Assembly (NCBI GenBank): GCA_051313645.2
Contig: JBNRSN020000012.1
Location: forward strand, 2,604,001-2,668,000
Direction of reading: 5' to 3'
DNA length: 64,000 nt
DNA from: Centroscyllium fabricii
Lineage: Eukaryota
The stretch's first letter is position 1. Each line of letters starts with the position of its first letter. The position numbers and the translations under genes were made by a program. The notes below the pieces were generated by a model. That model made no database searches. It saw only the letters and a list, made by a program, of their open reading frames with translations, and was not told the origin of the DNA. Of this stretch, positions 36,312 through 46,902 are shown piece by piece.

Positions 36312-39300
36312 GGATGGGAGACCATCGGGGAAGACCAGGTGCAATAGCAGGCAGTGACCACGGAGGAGGCGCTAACGCGCGGTCAAAAAGCAGACCGTTA
36401 ACCGGTCTGTTAAAAACTCCATCCACCACTTCGAAAGAAGACACGATAAGAAGAAGAAGTGAAGAGTGAGTGTGTGGGAGGAGCTCAGTGAAGAGTGAGA
36501 GTGTGGGAGGCACTCAGTGAAGAGTGAGGTTGTGGGAGGGACTCAGTGAAGAGTGAGTGTGTGGGAGGAGCTCAATGAAGAGTGAGAGTGTGGGCGGAGC
36601 TCATTGAAGAGTGAGCGTGTGGGAGGAGCTCAGTGAAGAGTGAGAGTGTGTGAGGGACTGAGTGGAGAGTGTGGGAGGAGTTCAGTGAAGAGTGAGCGTG
36701 TGGGAGGAGCTCAGTGAAGGGTGAGAGTGTGGGAGGGACTGAGTGAAGAGTGAGAGTGTGGGAGGAGCTCAGTGAAGAGTGAGCGTGTGGGAGTGACTCA
36801 GTGAAGAGTGAGAGTGTGGGAGGAGCTCAGTGAAGAGTGAGCGTGTGGGAGGAGCTCAGTGAAGAGTGAGAGTGTGGGAGGAGATCAGTGAAGAGTGAGA
36901 GTGTGGGAGGAGCTCAGTGAAGAGTGAGAGTGTGGGAGGGACTGAGTGAAGAGTGAGGGTGTGGGAGGGACTCAGTGAAGAGTGAGAGTGTGGGAGGAGC
37001 TCAGTAAAGAGTGAGAGTGTGGGAGGAGCTCAGTGAAGAGTGAGAGTGTGGGAGGAGCTCAGTGAAGAGTGAGAGTGTGGGAGGAGCTCAGTGAAGAGTG
37101 AGAGTGTGGGAGGGGCTGAGTGAAGAGTGAGAGTGTGGGAGCGGCTGAGTGAAGAGTGAGAGTGTGGGAGGAGCTCAGTGAAGAGTGAGCGTGTGGGAGG
37201 GACTGATTGAAGAGTGAGAGTGTGGGAGGGACTGAGTGAAGAGTGAGAGTGTGGGAGGAGCTCAGTGAAGAGTGAGAGTGTGGGAGGGACTGAGTGAAGA
37301 GTGAGAGTGTGGGAGGGACTGAGTGAAGAGTGAGAGTGTGGGAGGAGCTCAGTGAAGAGTGAGCGTGTGGGAGGGACTGAGTGAAGAGTGAGAGTGTGGG
37401 AGGAGCTCAGTGAAGAGTGAGAGTGTGGGAGGAGCTCAGTGAAGAGTGAGTGTGTGGGAGGGACTCAGTGAAGAGTGAGAGTTTGGGAGGGACTGAGTGA
37501 AGAGTGAGAGTGTGGGAGGAGCTCAGTGAAGAGTGAGAGTGTGGGAGGAGCTCAGTGAAGAGTGAGAGTGTGGGAGGGACTGAGTGAAGAGTGAGAGTGT
37601 GGGAGGAGCTCAGTCAAGAGTGAGAGTGTGGGAGGGACTGAGTGAAGAGTGAGAGTGTGGGAGGAGCTCAGTGAAGAGTGAGAGTGTGGGAGGAGCTCAG
37701 TGAAGAGTGAGAGTGTGGGAGGAGCTCAGTGAAGAGTGAGAGTGTGGGAGGGACGGAGTGAAGAGTGAGAATGTGGGAGGAGCTCAGTGAAGAGTGAGAG
37801 TGTGGGAGGGACTGAGTGAAGAGTGAGAGTGTGGGAGGAGCTCAGTGAAGAGTGAGAGTGTGGAAGGGACTCAGTGAAGAGTGAGAGTGTGGGAGGAGCT
37901 CAGTGAAGAGTGAGCGTGTGGGAGGGACTGAGTGAAGAGTGAGAGTGCGGGAGGGACTGAGTGAAGAGTGAGAATGTGGGAGGAGCTCAGTGAAGAGTGA
38001 GAGTGTGGGAGGGACTGAGTGAAGAGTGAGAGTGTGGGAGGGACTGAGTGAAGAGTGAGAGTGCGGGAGGAGCTCAGTGAAGAGTGAGAGTGTGGGAGGG
38101 ACTGAGTGAAGAGTGAGAGTGTGGGAGGGACTGAGTGAAGAGTGAGAGTGTGGGAGGGACTGAGTGAAGAGTGAGAGTGCGGGAGGAGCTCAGTGAAGAG
38201 TGAGAGTGTGGGAGGAGCTCAGTGAAGAGTGAGAGTGTGGGAGGGACTGAGTGAAGAGTGAGAGTGCGGGAGGAGCTCAGTGAAGAGTGAGAGTGTGGGA
38301 GGGACTGAGTGAAGAGTGAGAGTGTGGGAGGGACTGAGTGAAGAGTGAGAGTGCGGTAGGAGCTCAGTGAAGAGTGAGAGTGTGGGAGGGACTCAGTGAA
38401 GAGTGAGAGTGTGGGAGGGACTCAGTGAAGAGTGAGCGTGTGGGAGGGGCTCAGTGAAGAGTGAGAGTGTGGGAGGAGCTCAGTGAAGAGTGAGAGTTTG
38501 TGAGGGACTGAGTGAAGAGTGAGAGTGTGGGAGGAGCTCAGTGAAGAGTGAGAGTGTGGGAGGGACTGAGTGAAGAGTGAGAGTGTGGGAGGAGCTCAGT
38601 GAAGAGTGAGAGTGTGGGAGGAGCTCAGTGAAGAGTGAGAGTGTGGGAGGAGCTCAGTGAAGAGTGAGAGTGTGGGAGGGACGGAGTGAAGAGTGAGAAT
38701 GTGGGAGGAGCTCAGTGAAGAGTGAGAGTGTGGGAGGGACTGAGTGAAGAGTGAGAGTGTGGGAGGAGCTCAGTGAAGAGTGAGAGTGTGGAAGGGACTC
38801 AGTGAAGAGTGAGAGTGTGGGAGGAGCTCAGTGAAGAGTGAGCGTGTGGGAGGGACTGAGTGAAGAGTGAGAGTGCGGGAGGGACTGAGTGAAGAGTGAG
38901 AATGTGGGAGGAGCTCAGTGAAGAGTGAGAGTGTGGGAGGGACTGAGTGAGGAGTGAGAGTGTGGGAGGGACTGAGTGAAGAGTGAGAATGCGGGAGGAG
39001 CTCAGTGAAGAGTGAGAGTGTGGGAGGGACTCAGTGAAGAGTGAGAGTGTGGGAGGGACTGAGTGAAGAGTGAGAGTGTGGGAGGGACTGAGTGAAGAGT
39101 GAGAGTGCGGGAGGAGCTCAGTGAAGAGTGAGAGTGTGGGAGGAGCTCAGTGAAGAGTGAGAGTGTGGGAGGAGCTCAGTGAAGAGTGAGAGTGTGGGAG
39201 GGACTGAGTGAAGAGTGAGAGTGCGGGAGGAGCTCAGTGAAGAGTGAGAGTTTGGGAGGGACTGAGTGAAGAGTGAGAGTGTGGGAGGGACTGAGTGAAG

Positions 39301-42300
39301 AGTGAGAGTGCGGGAGGAGCTCAGTGAAGAGTGAGAGTGTGGGAGGGACTCAGTGAAGAGTGAGAGTGTGGGAGGGACTCAGTGAAGAGTGAGCGTGTGG
39401 GAGGGGCTCAGTGAAGAGTGAGAGTGTGGGAGGAGCTCAGTGAAGAGTGAGAGTTTGTGAGGGACTGAGTGAAGAGTGAGAGTGTGGGAGGAGCTCAGTG
39501 AAGAGTGAGAGTGTGGGAGGGACTGAGTGAAGAGTGAGAGTGTGGGAGGAGCTCAGTGAAGAGTGAGTGTGTGGGAGGAGCTCAGTGAAGAGTGAGAGTG
39601 TGGGAGGAGCTCAGTGAAGAGTGAGAGTGTGGGAGGAGCTCAGTGAAGAGTGAGAGTGTGGGAGGAGCTCAGTGAAGAGTGAGAGTGTGGGAGGGGCTGA
39701 GTGACGAGTGAGAGTGTGGGAGGGGCTGAGTGAAGAGTGAGAGTGTGGGAGGTGCTCAGTGAAGAGTGAGCGTGTTGGAGTGACTCAGTGAAGAGTGAGA
39801 GTGTGGGAGGAGCTCCGTGAAGAGTGAGCGTGTGGGAGGAGCTCAGTGAAGAGTGAGAGTGTGGGAGGAGCTCAGTGAAGAGTGAGAGTGTGGGTGGAGC
39901 TCAGTGAAGAGTGAGAGTGTGGGAGGAGCTCAGTGAAGAGTGAGAGTGTGGGAGGAGCTCAGTGAAGAGTGAGCGTGTGGGAGGAGCTCAGTGAAGAGTG
40001 AGAGTGTGGGAGGAGCTCAGTGAAGAGTGAGAGTGTGGGAGGAGCTCAGTGAAGAGTGAGAGTGTGGGAGTTGCTCAGTGAAGAGTGAGAGTGTGGGAGG
40101 GACTGAGTGAAGAGTGAGGGTGTGGGAGGAGCTCAGTGAAGAGTGAGAGTGTGGGAGGAGCTCAGTGAAGAGTGAGAGTGTGGGAGGAGCTCAGTGAAGA
40201 GTGAGAGTGTGGGAGGAGCTCAGTGAAGAGTGAGAGTGTGGGAGGAGCTCAGTGAAGAGTGAGAGTGTGGGAGGGGCTGAGTGAAGAGTGAGAGTGTGGG
40301 AGGGGCTGAGTGAAGAGTGAAAGTGTGGGAGGAGCTCAGTGAAGAGTGAGCGTGTGGGAGGGGCTGAGTGAAGAGTGAGAGTGTGGGAGGGGCTGAGTGA
40401 AGAGTGAAAGTGTGGGAGGAGCTCAGTGAAGAGTGAGAGTGTGGGAGGGACTGAGTGAAGAGTGAGAGTGTGGGAGGGACTCAGTGAAGAGTGAGAGTGT
40501 GGTAGGGACTGAGTGAAAAGTGAGAGTGCGGGAGGAGCTCAGTGAAGAGTGAGAGTGTGGGAGGGACTGAGTGAAGAGTGAGAGTGTGGGAGGAGCTCAG
40601 TGAAGAGTGAGAGTGTGGGAGGAGCAGAGTGAAGAGTGAGAGTGTGGGAGGGACTGAGTGAAGAGTGAGAGTGTGGGAGGAGCTCAGTGAAGGGTTAGGG
40701 GGGAGACTCAGTGAAGAGTGAGAGTGTGGGAGGGACTCAGTGAAGAGTGAGAGTGTGGGAGGAGCTCAGTGAAGAGTGAGAGTGTGGGAGGGAATGAGTG
40801 AAGAGTGAGAGTGTGGGAGGGACTCAGTGAAGAGCGAGAGTGTGGGAGGGACTGAGTGAAGAGTGAGAGTGCGGGAGGAGCTCAGTGAAGAGTGAGAGTG
40901 TGGGAGGGACTGAGTGAAGAGTGAGAGTGTGGGAGGAGCTCAGTGAAGAGTGAGAGTGTGGGAGGAGCAGAGTGAAGAGTGAGAGTGTGGGAGGGACTTA
41001 GTGAAGAGTGAGAGTGTGGGAGGATCTCAATGAAGAGTGAGAGTGTGGGATGAGCTCAGTGAAGAGTGAGAGTGTGGGAGGGACTCAGTGAAGAGTGAGT
41101 TTGTGGGAGGAGCTCAGTGAAGAGTGAGTGTGTGGGAGGGACTGAGTGAAGAGTGAGAGTGTGGGATGAGCTCAGTGAAGAGTGAGAGTGTGGGAGGGAC
41201 TCAGTGAAGAGTGAGAGTGTGGGGGGAGCTCAGTGAAGAGTGAATGTGTGGGAGGAGCTCAGTGAAGAGTGAGAGTGTGTGAGGCACTCAGTGAAGAGTG
41301 AGGTTGTGGGAGGGACTCAGTGAAGAGTGAGTGTGTGGGAGGAGCTCAATGAAGAGTGAGAGTGTGGGCGGAGCTCATTGAAGAGTGAGCGTGTGGGAGG
41401 AGCTCAGTGAAGAGTGAGAGTGTGTGAGGGACTGAGTGAAGAGTGAGAGTGTGGGAGGAGTTCAGTGAAGAGTGAGCGTGTGGGAGGAGCTCAGTGAAGA
41501 GTGAGAGTGTGGGAGGGACTGAGTGAAGAGTGAGAGTGTGGGAGGAGCTCAGTGAAGAGTGAGCGTGTGGGAGTGACTCAGTGAAGAGTGAGAGTGTGGG
41601 AGGAGCTCAGTGAAGAGTGAGCGTGTGGGAGGAGCTCAGTGAAGAGTGAGAGTGTGGGAGGAGCTCAGTGAAGAGTGAGAGTGTGGGAGGAGCTCAGTGA
41701 AGAGTGAGAGTGTGGGAGGGACTGAGTGAAGAGTGAGGGTGTGGGAGGGACTCAGTGAAGAGTGAGAGTGTGGGAGGAGCTCAGTGAAGAGTGAGAGTGT
41801 GGGAGGAGCTCAGTGAAGAGTGAGAGTGTGGGAGGAGCTCAGTGAAGAGTGAGAGTGTGGGAGGAGCTCAGTGAAGAGTGAGAGTGTGGGAGGGGCTGAG
41901 TGAAGAGTGAGAGTGTGGGAGCGGCTGAGTGAAGAGTGAGAGTGTGGGAGGAGCTCAGTGAAGAGTGAGCGTGTGGGAGGGACTGATTGAAGAGTGAGAG
42001 TGTGGGAGGGACTGAGTGAAGAGTGAGAGTGTGGGAGGAGCTCAGTGAAGAGTGAGAGTGTGGGAGGGACTGAGTGAAGAGTGAGAGTGTGGGAGGGACT
42101 GAGTGAAGAGTGAGAGTGTGGGAGGAGCTCAGTGAAGAGTGAGCGTGTGGGAGGGACTGAGTGAAGAGTGAGAGTGTGGGAGGAGCTCAGTGAAGAGTGA
42201 GAGTGTGGGAGGAGCTCAGTGAAGAGTGAGAGTGTGGGAGGGACTCAGTGAAGAGTGAGAGTTTGGGAGGGACTGAGTGAAGAGTGAGAGTGTGGGAGGA

Positions 42301-45300
42301 GCTCAGTGAAGAGTGAGAGTGTGGGAGGAGCTCAGTGAAGAGTGAGAGTGTGGGAGGGACTGAGTGAAGAGTGAGAGTGTGGGAGGAGCTCAGTCAAGAG
42401 TGAGAGTGTGGGAGGGACTGAGTGAAGAGTGAGAGTGTGGGAGGAGCTCAGTGAAGAGTGAGAGTGTGGGAGGAGCTCAGTGAAGAGTGAGAGTGTGGGA
42501 GGAGCTCAGTGAAGAGTGAGAGTGTGGGAGGGACGGAGTGAAGAGTGAGAATGTGGGAGGAGCTCAGTGAAGAGTGAGAGTGTGGGAGGGACTGAGTGAA
42601 GAGTGAGAGTGTGGGAGGAGCTCAGTGAAGAGTGAGAGTGTGGAAGGGACTCAGTGAAGAGTGAGAGTGTGGGAGGAGCTCAGTGAAGAGTGAGCGTGTG
42701 GGAGGGACTGAGTGAAGAGTGAGAGTGCGGGAGGGACTGAGTGAAGAGTGAGAATGTGGGAGGAGCTCAGTGAAGAGTGAGAGTGTGGGAGGGACTGAGT
42801 GAAGAGTGAGAGTGTGGGAGGGACTGAGTGAAGAGTGAGAGTGCGGGAGGAGCTCAGTGAAGAGTGAGAGTGTGGGAGGGACTCAGTGAAGAGTGAGAGT
42901 GTGGGAGGGACTGAGTGAAGAGTGAGAGTGTGGGAGGGACTGAGTGAAGAGTGAGAGTGCGGGAGGAGCTCAGTGAAGAGTGAGAGTGTGGGAGGAGCTC
43001 AGTGAAGAGTGAGAGTGTGGGAGGGACTGAGTGAAGAGTGAGAGTGCGGGAGGAGCTCAGTGAAGAGTGAGAGTGTGGGAGGGACTGAGTGAAGAGTGAG
43101 AGTGTGGGAGGGACTGAGTGAAGAGTGAGAGTGCGGGAGGAGCTCAGTGAAGAGTGAGAGTGTGGGAGGGACTCAGTGAAGAGTGAGAGTGTGGGAGGGA
43201 CTCAGTGAAGAGTGAGCGTGTGGGAGGGGCTCAGTGAAGAGTGAGAGTGTGGGAGGAGCTCAGTGAAGAGTGAGAGTTTGTGAGGGACTGAGTGAAGAGT
43301 GAGAGTGTGGGAGGAGCTCAGTGAAGAGTGAGAGTGTGGGAGGGACTCAGTGAAGAGTGAGAGTGTGGGAGGAGCTCAGTGAAGAGTGAGTGTGTGGGAG
43401 GAGCTCAGTGAAGAGTGAGAGTGTGGGAGGAGCTCAGTGAAGAGTGAGAGTGTGGGAGGAGCTCAGTGAAGAGTGAGAGTGTGGGAGGCACTCAGTGAAG
43501 AGTGAGTGTGTGGGAGGGACTGAGTGAAGAGTGAGAGTGTGGGAGGAGCTCAGTGAAGAGTGAGAGTGTGGGAGGAGCTCAGTGAAGAGTGAGCATGTGG
43601 GAGGAGCTCAGTGAAGAGTGAGATTGTGGGAGGGACTGAGTGAAGAGTGAGAGTGTGGGAGGAGCTCAGTGAAGAGTGAGCGTGTGGGAGGAGCTCAGTG
43701 TAGAGTGAGAGTGTGGGAGGGACTGAGTGAAGAGTGAGAGTGTGGGAGGAGCTCAGTGAAGAGTGAGCGTGTGGGAGGTTCTCAGTGAAGAGTGAGAGTG
43801 TGGGAGGAGCTCAGTGAAGAGTGAGCATGTGGGAGGAGCTCAGTAAAGAGTGAGAGTGTGGGAGGAGCTCAGTGTAGAGTGAGATTGTGGGAGGGACTGA
43901 GTGAAGAGTGAGAGTGTGGGAGGAGCTCAGTGAAGAGTGAGCGTGTGGGAGGGTCTCAGTGAAGAGTGAGAGTGTGGGAGGAGCTCAGTGAAGAGTGAGC
44001 ATGTGGGAGGAGCTCAGTGAAGAGTGAGAGTGTGGGAGGAGCTCAGTGATGAGTGAGAGTGTGGGAGGGGCTGAGTGAAGAGTTGGAGTGTGGGAGGAGC
44101 TCAGTGAAGAGTGAGAGTGTGGGAGGAGCTCAGTGAAGAGTGAGAGTGTGGGAGTGACTCAGTGAAGAGTGAGAGTGTGGGAGGGACTGAGTGAAGAGTG
44201 AGAGTGTGGGAGGAGCTCAGTGAAGAGTGAGAGTGTGGGAGGAGCTCAGTGAAGAGTGAGAGTGTGGGAGGAGCTCAGTGAAGAGTGAGAGTGTGGGAGG
44301 AGCTCAGTGAAGAGTGTGAGTGTGGGAGGAGCTCAGTGAAGAGTGAGAGTGTGGGAGGGGCTGAGTGAAGAGTGAGAGTGTGGGAGGAGCTCAGTGAAGA
44401 GTGAGAGTGTGGGAGGAGCTCAGTGAAGAGTGAGAGTGTGGGAGGGGCTGAGTGAAGAGTGAGAGTGTGGGAGGAGCTCAGTGAAGAGTGAGAGTGTGGG
44501 AGGAGCTCAGTGAAGAGTGAGAGTGTGGGAGGGGCTGAGGGAAGAGTGAGGGTGTGGGAGGGACTGAGTGAAGAGTGAGAGTGTGGGAGGAGCTCAGTGA
44601 AGAGTGAGAGTGTGGGAGGAGCTCAGTGAAGAGTGAGAGTGTGGGAGGAGCTCAGTGAAGAGTGGGAGTGTGGGAGGAGCTCAGTGAAGAGTGAGAGTGT
44701 GGGAGGGGCTGAGTGAAGAGTGAGAGTGTGGGAGGAGCTCAGTGAAGAGTGAGAGTGTGGGAGGAGCTCAGTGAAGAGTGAGAGTGTGGGAGGAGCTCAG
44801 TGAAGAGTTAGATTGTGGGAGGGGCTGAGTGAAGAGTGAGAGTGTGGGAGGAGCTCAGTGAAGAGTGAGAGTGTGGGAGGAGCTCAGTGAAGAGTGAGAG
44901 TGTGGGAGGGGCTGAGTGAAGAGTGAGAGTGTGGGAGGAGCTCAGTGAAGAGTGAGAGTGTGGGAGGAGCTCAGTGAAGAGTGAGAGTGTGGGAGGGGCT
45001 GAGTGAAGAGTGAGGGTGTGGGAGGGACTGAGTGAAGAGTGAGAGTGTGGGAGGAGCTCAGTGAAGAGTGAGAGTGTGGGAGGAGCTCAGTGAAGAGTGA
45101 GAGTGTGGGAGGAGCTCAGTGAAGGGTGAGAGTGTGGAGGGACTGAGTGAAGAGTGAGAGTGTTGGAGGAGCTCAGTGAAGAGTGAGAGTGTGGGAGGAG
45201 CTCAGTGAAGAGTGAGAGTGTGGGAGGAGCTCAGTGAAGCGTGAGAGTGTGGGAGGGGCTGAGTGAAGAGTGAGAGTGTGGGTGGGACTGAGTGACGAGT

Positions 45301-45326
45301 GAGAGTGCGGGAGGATCTCAGTGAAG
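1..45326. repeat. 29-bp G-rich satellite array (~1,550 monomers), consensus GAGTGAGAGTGTGGGAG(GAGCTC/GGACTG/GGACTC)AGTGAA; runs off the left edge
   Basis: Continuous 29-nt periodicity read directly. It ends abruptly at ...GGATCTCAGTGAAG|TTAAAGG (45326). The only foreign insert is at 36236-36457. Confidence 0.98.
36236..36457 (+). mobile_element. 5S rRNA-derived SINE (SINE3 type) with (AAG)n tail, inserted in the satellite
   Basis: 5S-like head with A box AGCTAAGCAG (36281), intermediate element GGTCAGT (36301) and C box TGGATGGGAG (36311). Then a ~95-bp non-5S body and tail GATAAGAAGAAGA. TSD AGTGAAGAGTG at 36225-36235 and 36458-36468. Confidence 0.9.
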
Positions 45327-45889
45327 TTAAAGGACTTTGGAACGTGCTGGAACAATGCTTGGGGCATCTGATCCAATCGGAATCTATAGAAATTGCATTC
45401 GAAGTGTTTAAGAATATTTTGAATGGACATATTTCCAGCAGCCACTGATAGAAAAAAAGCTGGGAGTAAAAGAAGTACAGTAGTGAGTGCAGCTGGAGGT
45501 TGTGCTTTGCTCATGAAGGAATTCCCAGCTGGAGAAATCCCCGGCTTTTTGCACAGCGGATATTGCTGTGAAATCCAGATGTTGCCAATTACTAGATTGC
45601 AAACGGTTGGAATTCTGGGATTTGTCATTCAATGTGCCTATTTCACCACATTTTGCACATGTTGACGATGGTCATTGGAGAATTCCGGGAATTCTGCTGT
45701 CGATTGAGTTATCCTTTAGTTATCCAGCGCTGGGCAAGATACAAGACAAATCTTGCTATCTGACAGGTAATCACTCTCTAAACTCTAGCCTCCAACCTCA
45801 CTGTCCATCAGAACCATCCCTCTCTCTCACTCTGGTTTATCAACTCAATGACACACTTTGCCCCTTAAATCTTCCTCTCTTGTTCCTTT

Positions 45890-45946
45890 TATTTAATTAA
45901 TTCGCTGGATGTGGGCATCACTGGCAAGGCCAGAATTTATTGCCTA
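45890..45946 (-). mobile_element. Short terminal fragment of a shark-type LINE/SINE (CR1/L2 group)
   Basis: GGATGTGGGCATCACTGGCAAGGCCAGAATTTATTGCC resembles a repeat end I recall as common in chondrichthyan genomes; recognition only. Confidence 0.45.
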
Positions 45947-46021
45947 TTTATCCTTTTAAATTCCAGATGTTCTTTCTTCACACACTTCCTGCTCCCTACG
46001 TCCCCAGTGTGTTGAAGTCTC

Positions 46022-46169
46022 AGCACATTATGGCTCAGTGGGTAACAGTCTCGCTCTCTGATTCAGAAGGTTGTGGGTTCAAGATCATTTCAGACACTTG
46101 AGCCCTTAACCTAATCTGACACTTAAGTGCAGTACTGAGGGAGCGCTGCACTGTCGGAGGTGCCGTCTT
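46022..46169 (+). mobile_element. 5' part of a SacSINE1-like DeuSINE (tRNA head and start of Deu domain), cut off by CR1
   Basis: A box TGGCTCAGTGG, B-box-like GGTTCAAGATC, then GCAGTACTGAGGGAGCGCTGCACTGTCGGAGGTGCCGTCTT. Homologous to 48395-48540 and 60585-60612. Confidence 0.8.
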
Positions 46170-46170
46170 G

Positions 46171-46593
46171 AACATAAGGAAAAGGAACAGGAGTCGGCCA
46201 TTTGGCCCCTCGAGCCTGCTCCGCCATTCAATAAGATCATGGCTGATCTACTACCTCAACTCCACTTCCCCGCACGATCCCTTGATTCGCTTAATATCCA
46301 AAAATCTATCGATCTCTGTCTTGAATATACTCAACGACTGAGCCTCCACAGCCCTCTGGGGTAGAGAATTCCAAAGATTCACCACCCTCTGAGTGAAGAA
46401 ATTCCTCCTCATCTCAGTCCTAAATGACCGACCCCTTATTCTGAGACTGTGACCCCTGGTTCTAGACTCCCCAGCCAGAGGAAACATCCTCTCAGCATCG
46501 ACCCTGTCGAGCCCTGTAAGAATTCTGTATGTTTCAATGAGATCAACTCTCATTCTTCTAAACTGTGGAGAATATTGGCCTAGTCTACTCAAT
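46171..46593 (-). mobile_element. CR1 (HER1-like) LINE 3' fragment
   Basis: ORF2 C-terminus ...RRMRVDLIETYRIL...TRGHSLRI...RRNFFTQRVVNLWNSLP, followed by a CR1-type 3' UTR and tail. Confidence 0.9.
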
Positions 46594-46726
46594 TTCAATG
46601 AAAACTGGAGCTGGTGAGGAGCCTGTGAGCTCCCGGTCACAGGAAACGCCTCACTGCTTCTCTTAAAGCTGCATCGGTAAATATAACTTCATTATAGTTT
46701 TGTATTTGTGTCTTTCTTCTGTTTGA

Positions 46727-46902
46727 CCCCAGAGGGCTGTGGATGCCGAAACGTTGAGTATATTTAAGGCTGAGATCAGTAGCTGTTTGGACTCGAGGGG
46801 AATCGAGGGATATTGGGATCGGGCGGGAAAGTGTTGAGGTTGAAGATCAGCCTGGATCTTATTGAATGGCGGAGCAGACTCGAGATTCCGAATGGCTGGC
46901 TC
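46727..46902 (+). mobile_element. CR1 3' fragment (opposite orientation)
   Basis: CCCAGAGGGCTGTGGA...GATCAGCC..GATCTTATTGAATGGCGGAGCAG is the reverse complement of the flanking CR1 3' ends. Confidence 0.85.

Noticed and set aside
36236-36352. Functional 5S rRNA gene
   Set aside because: Diverged and shortened 5' end, no T-run terminator, extra body and tail, and a TSD indicate a retroposed SINE.
45173-45900. Short ORFs at the satellite boundary
   Set aside because: Overlapping on both strands, no motifs, and one simply runs into the satellite.
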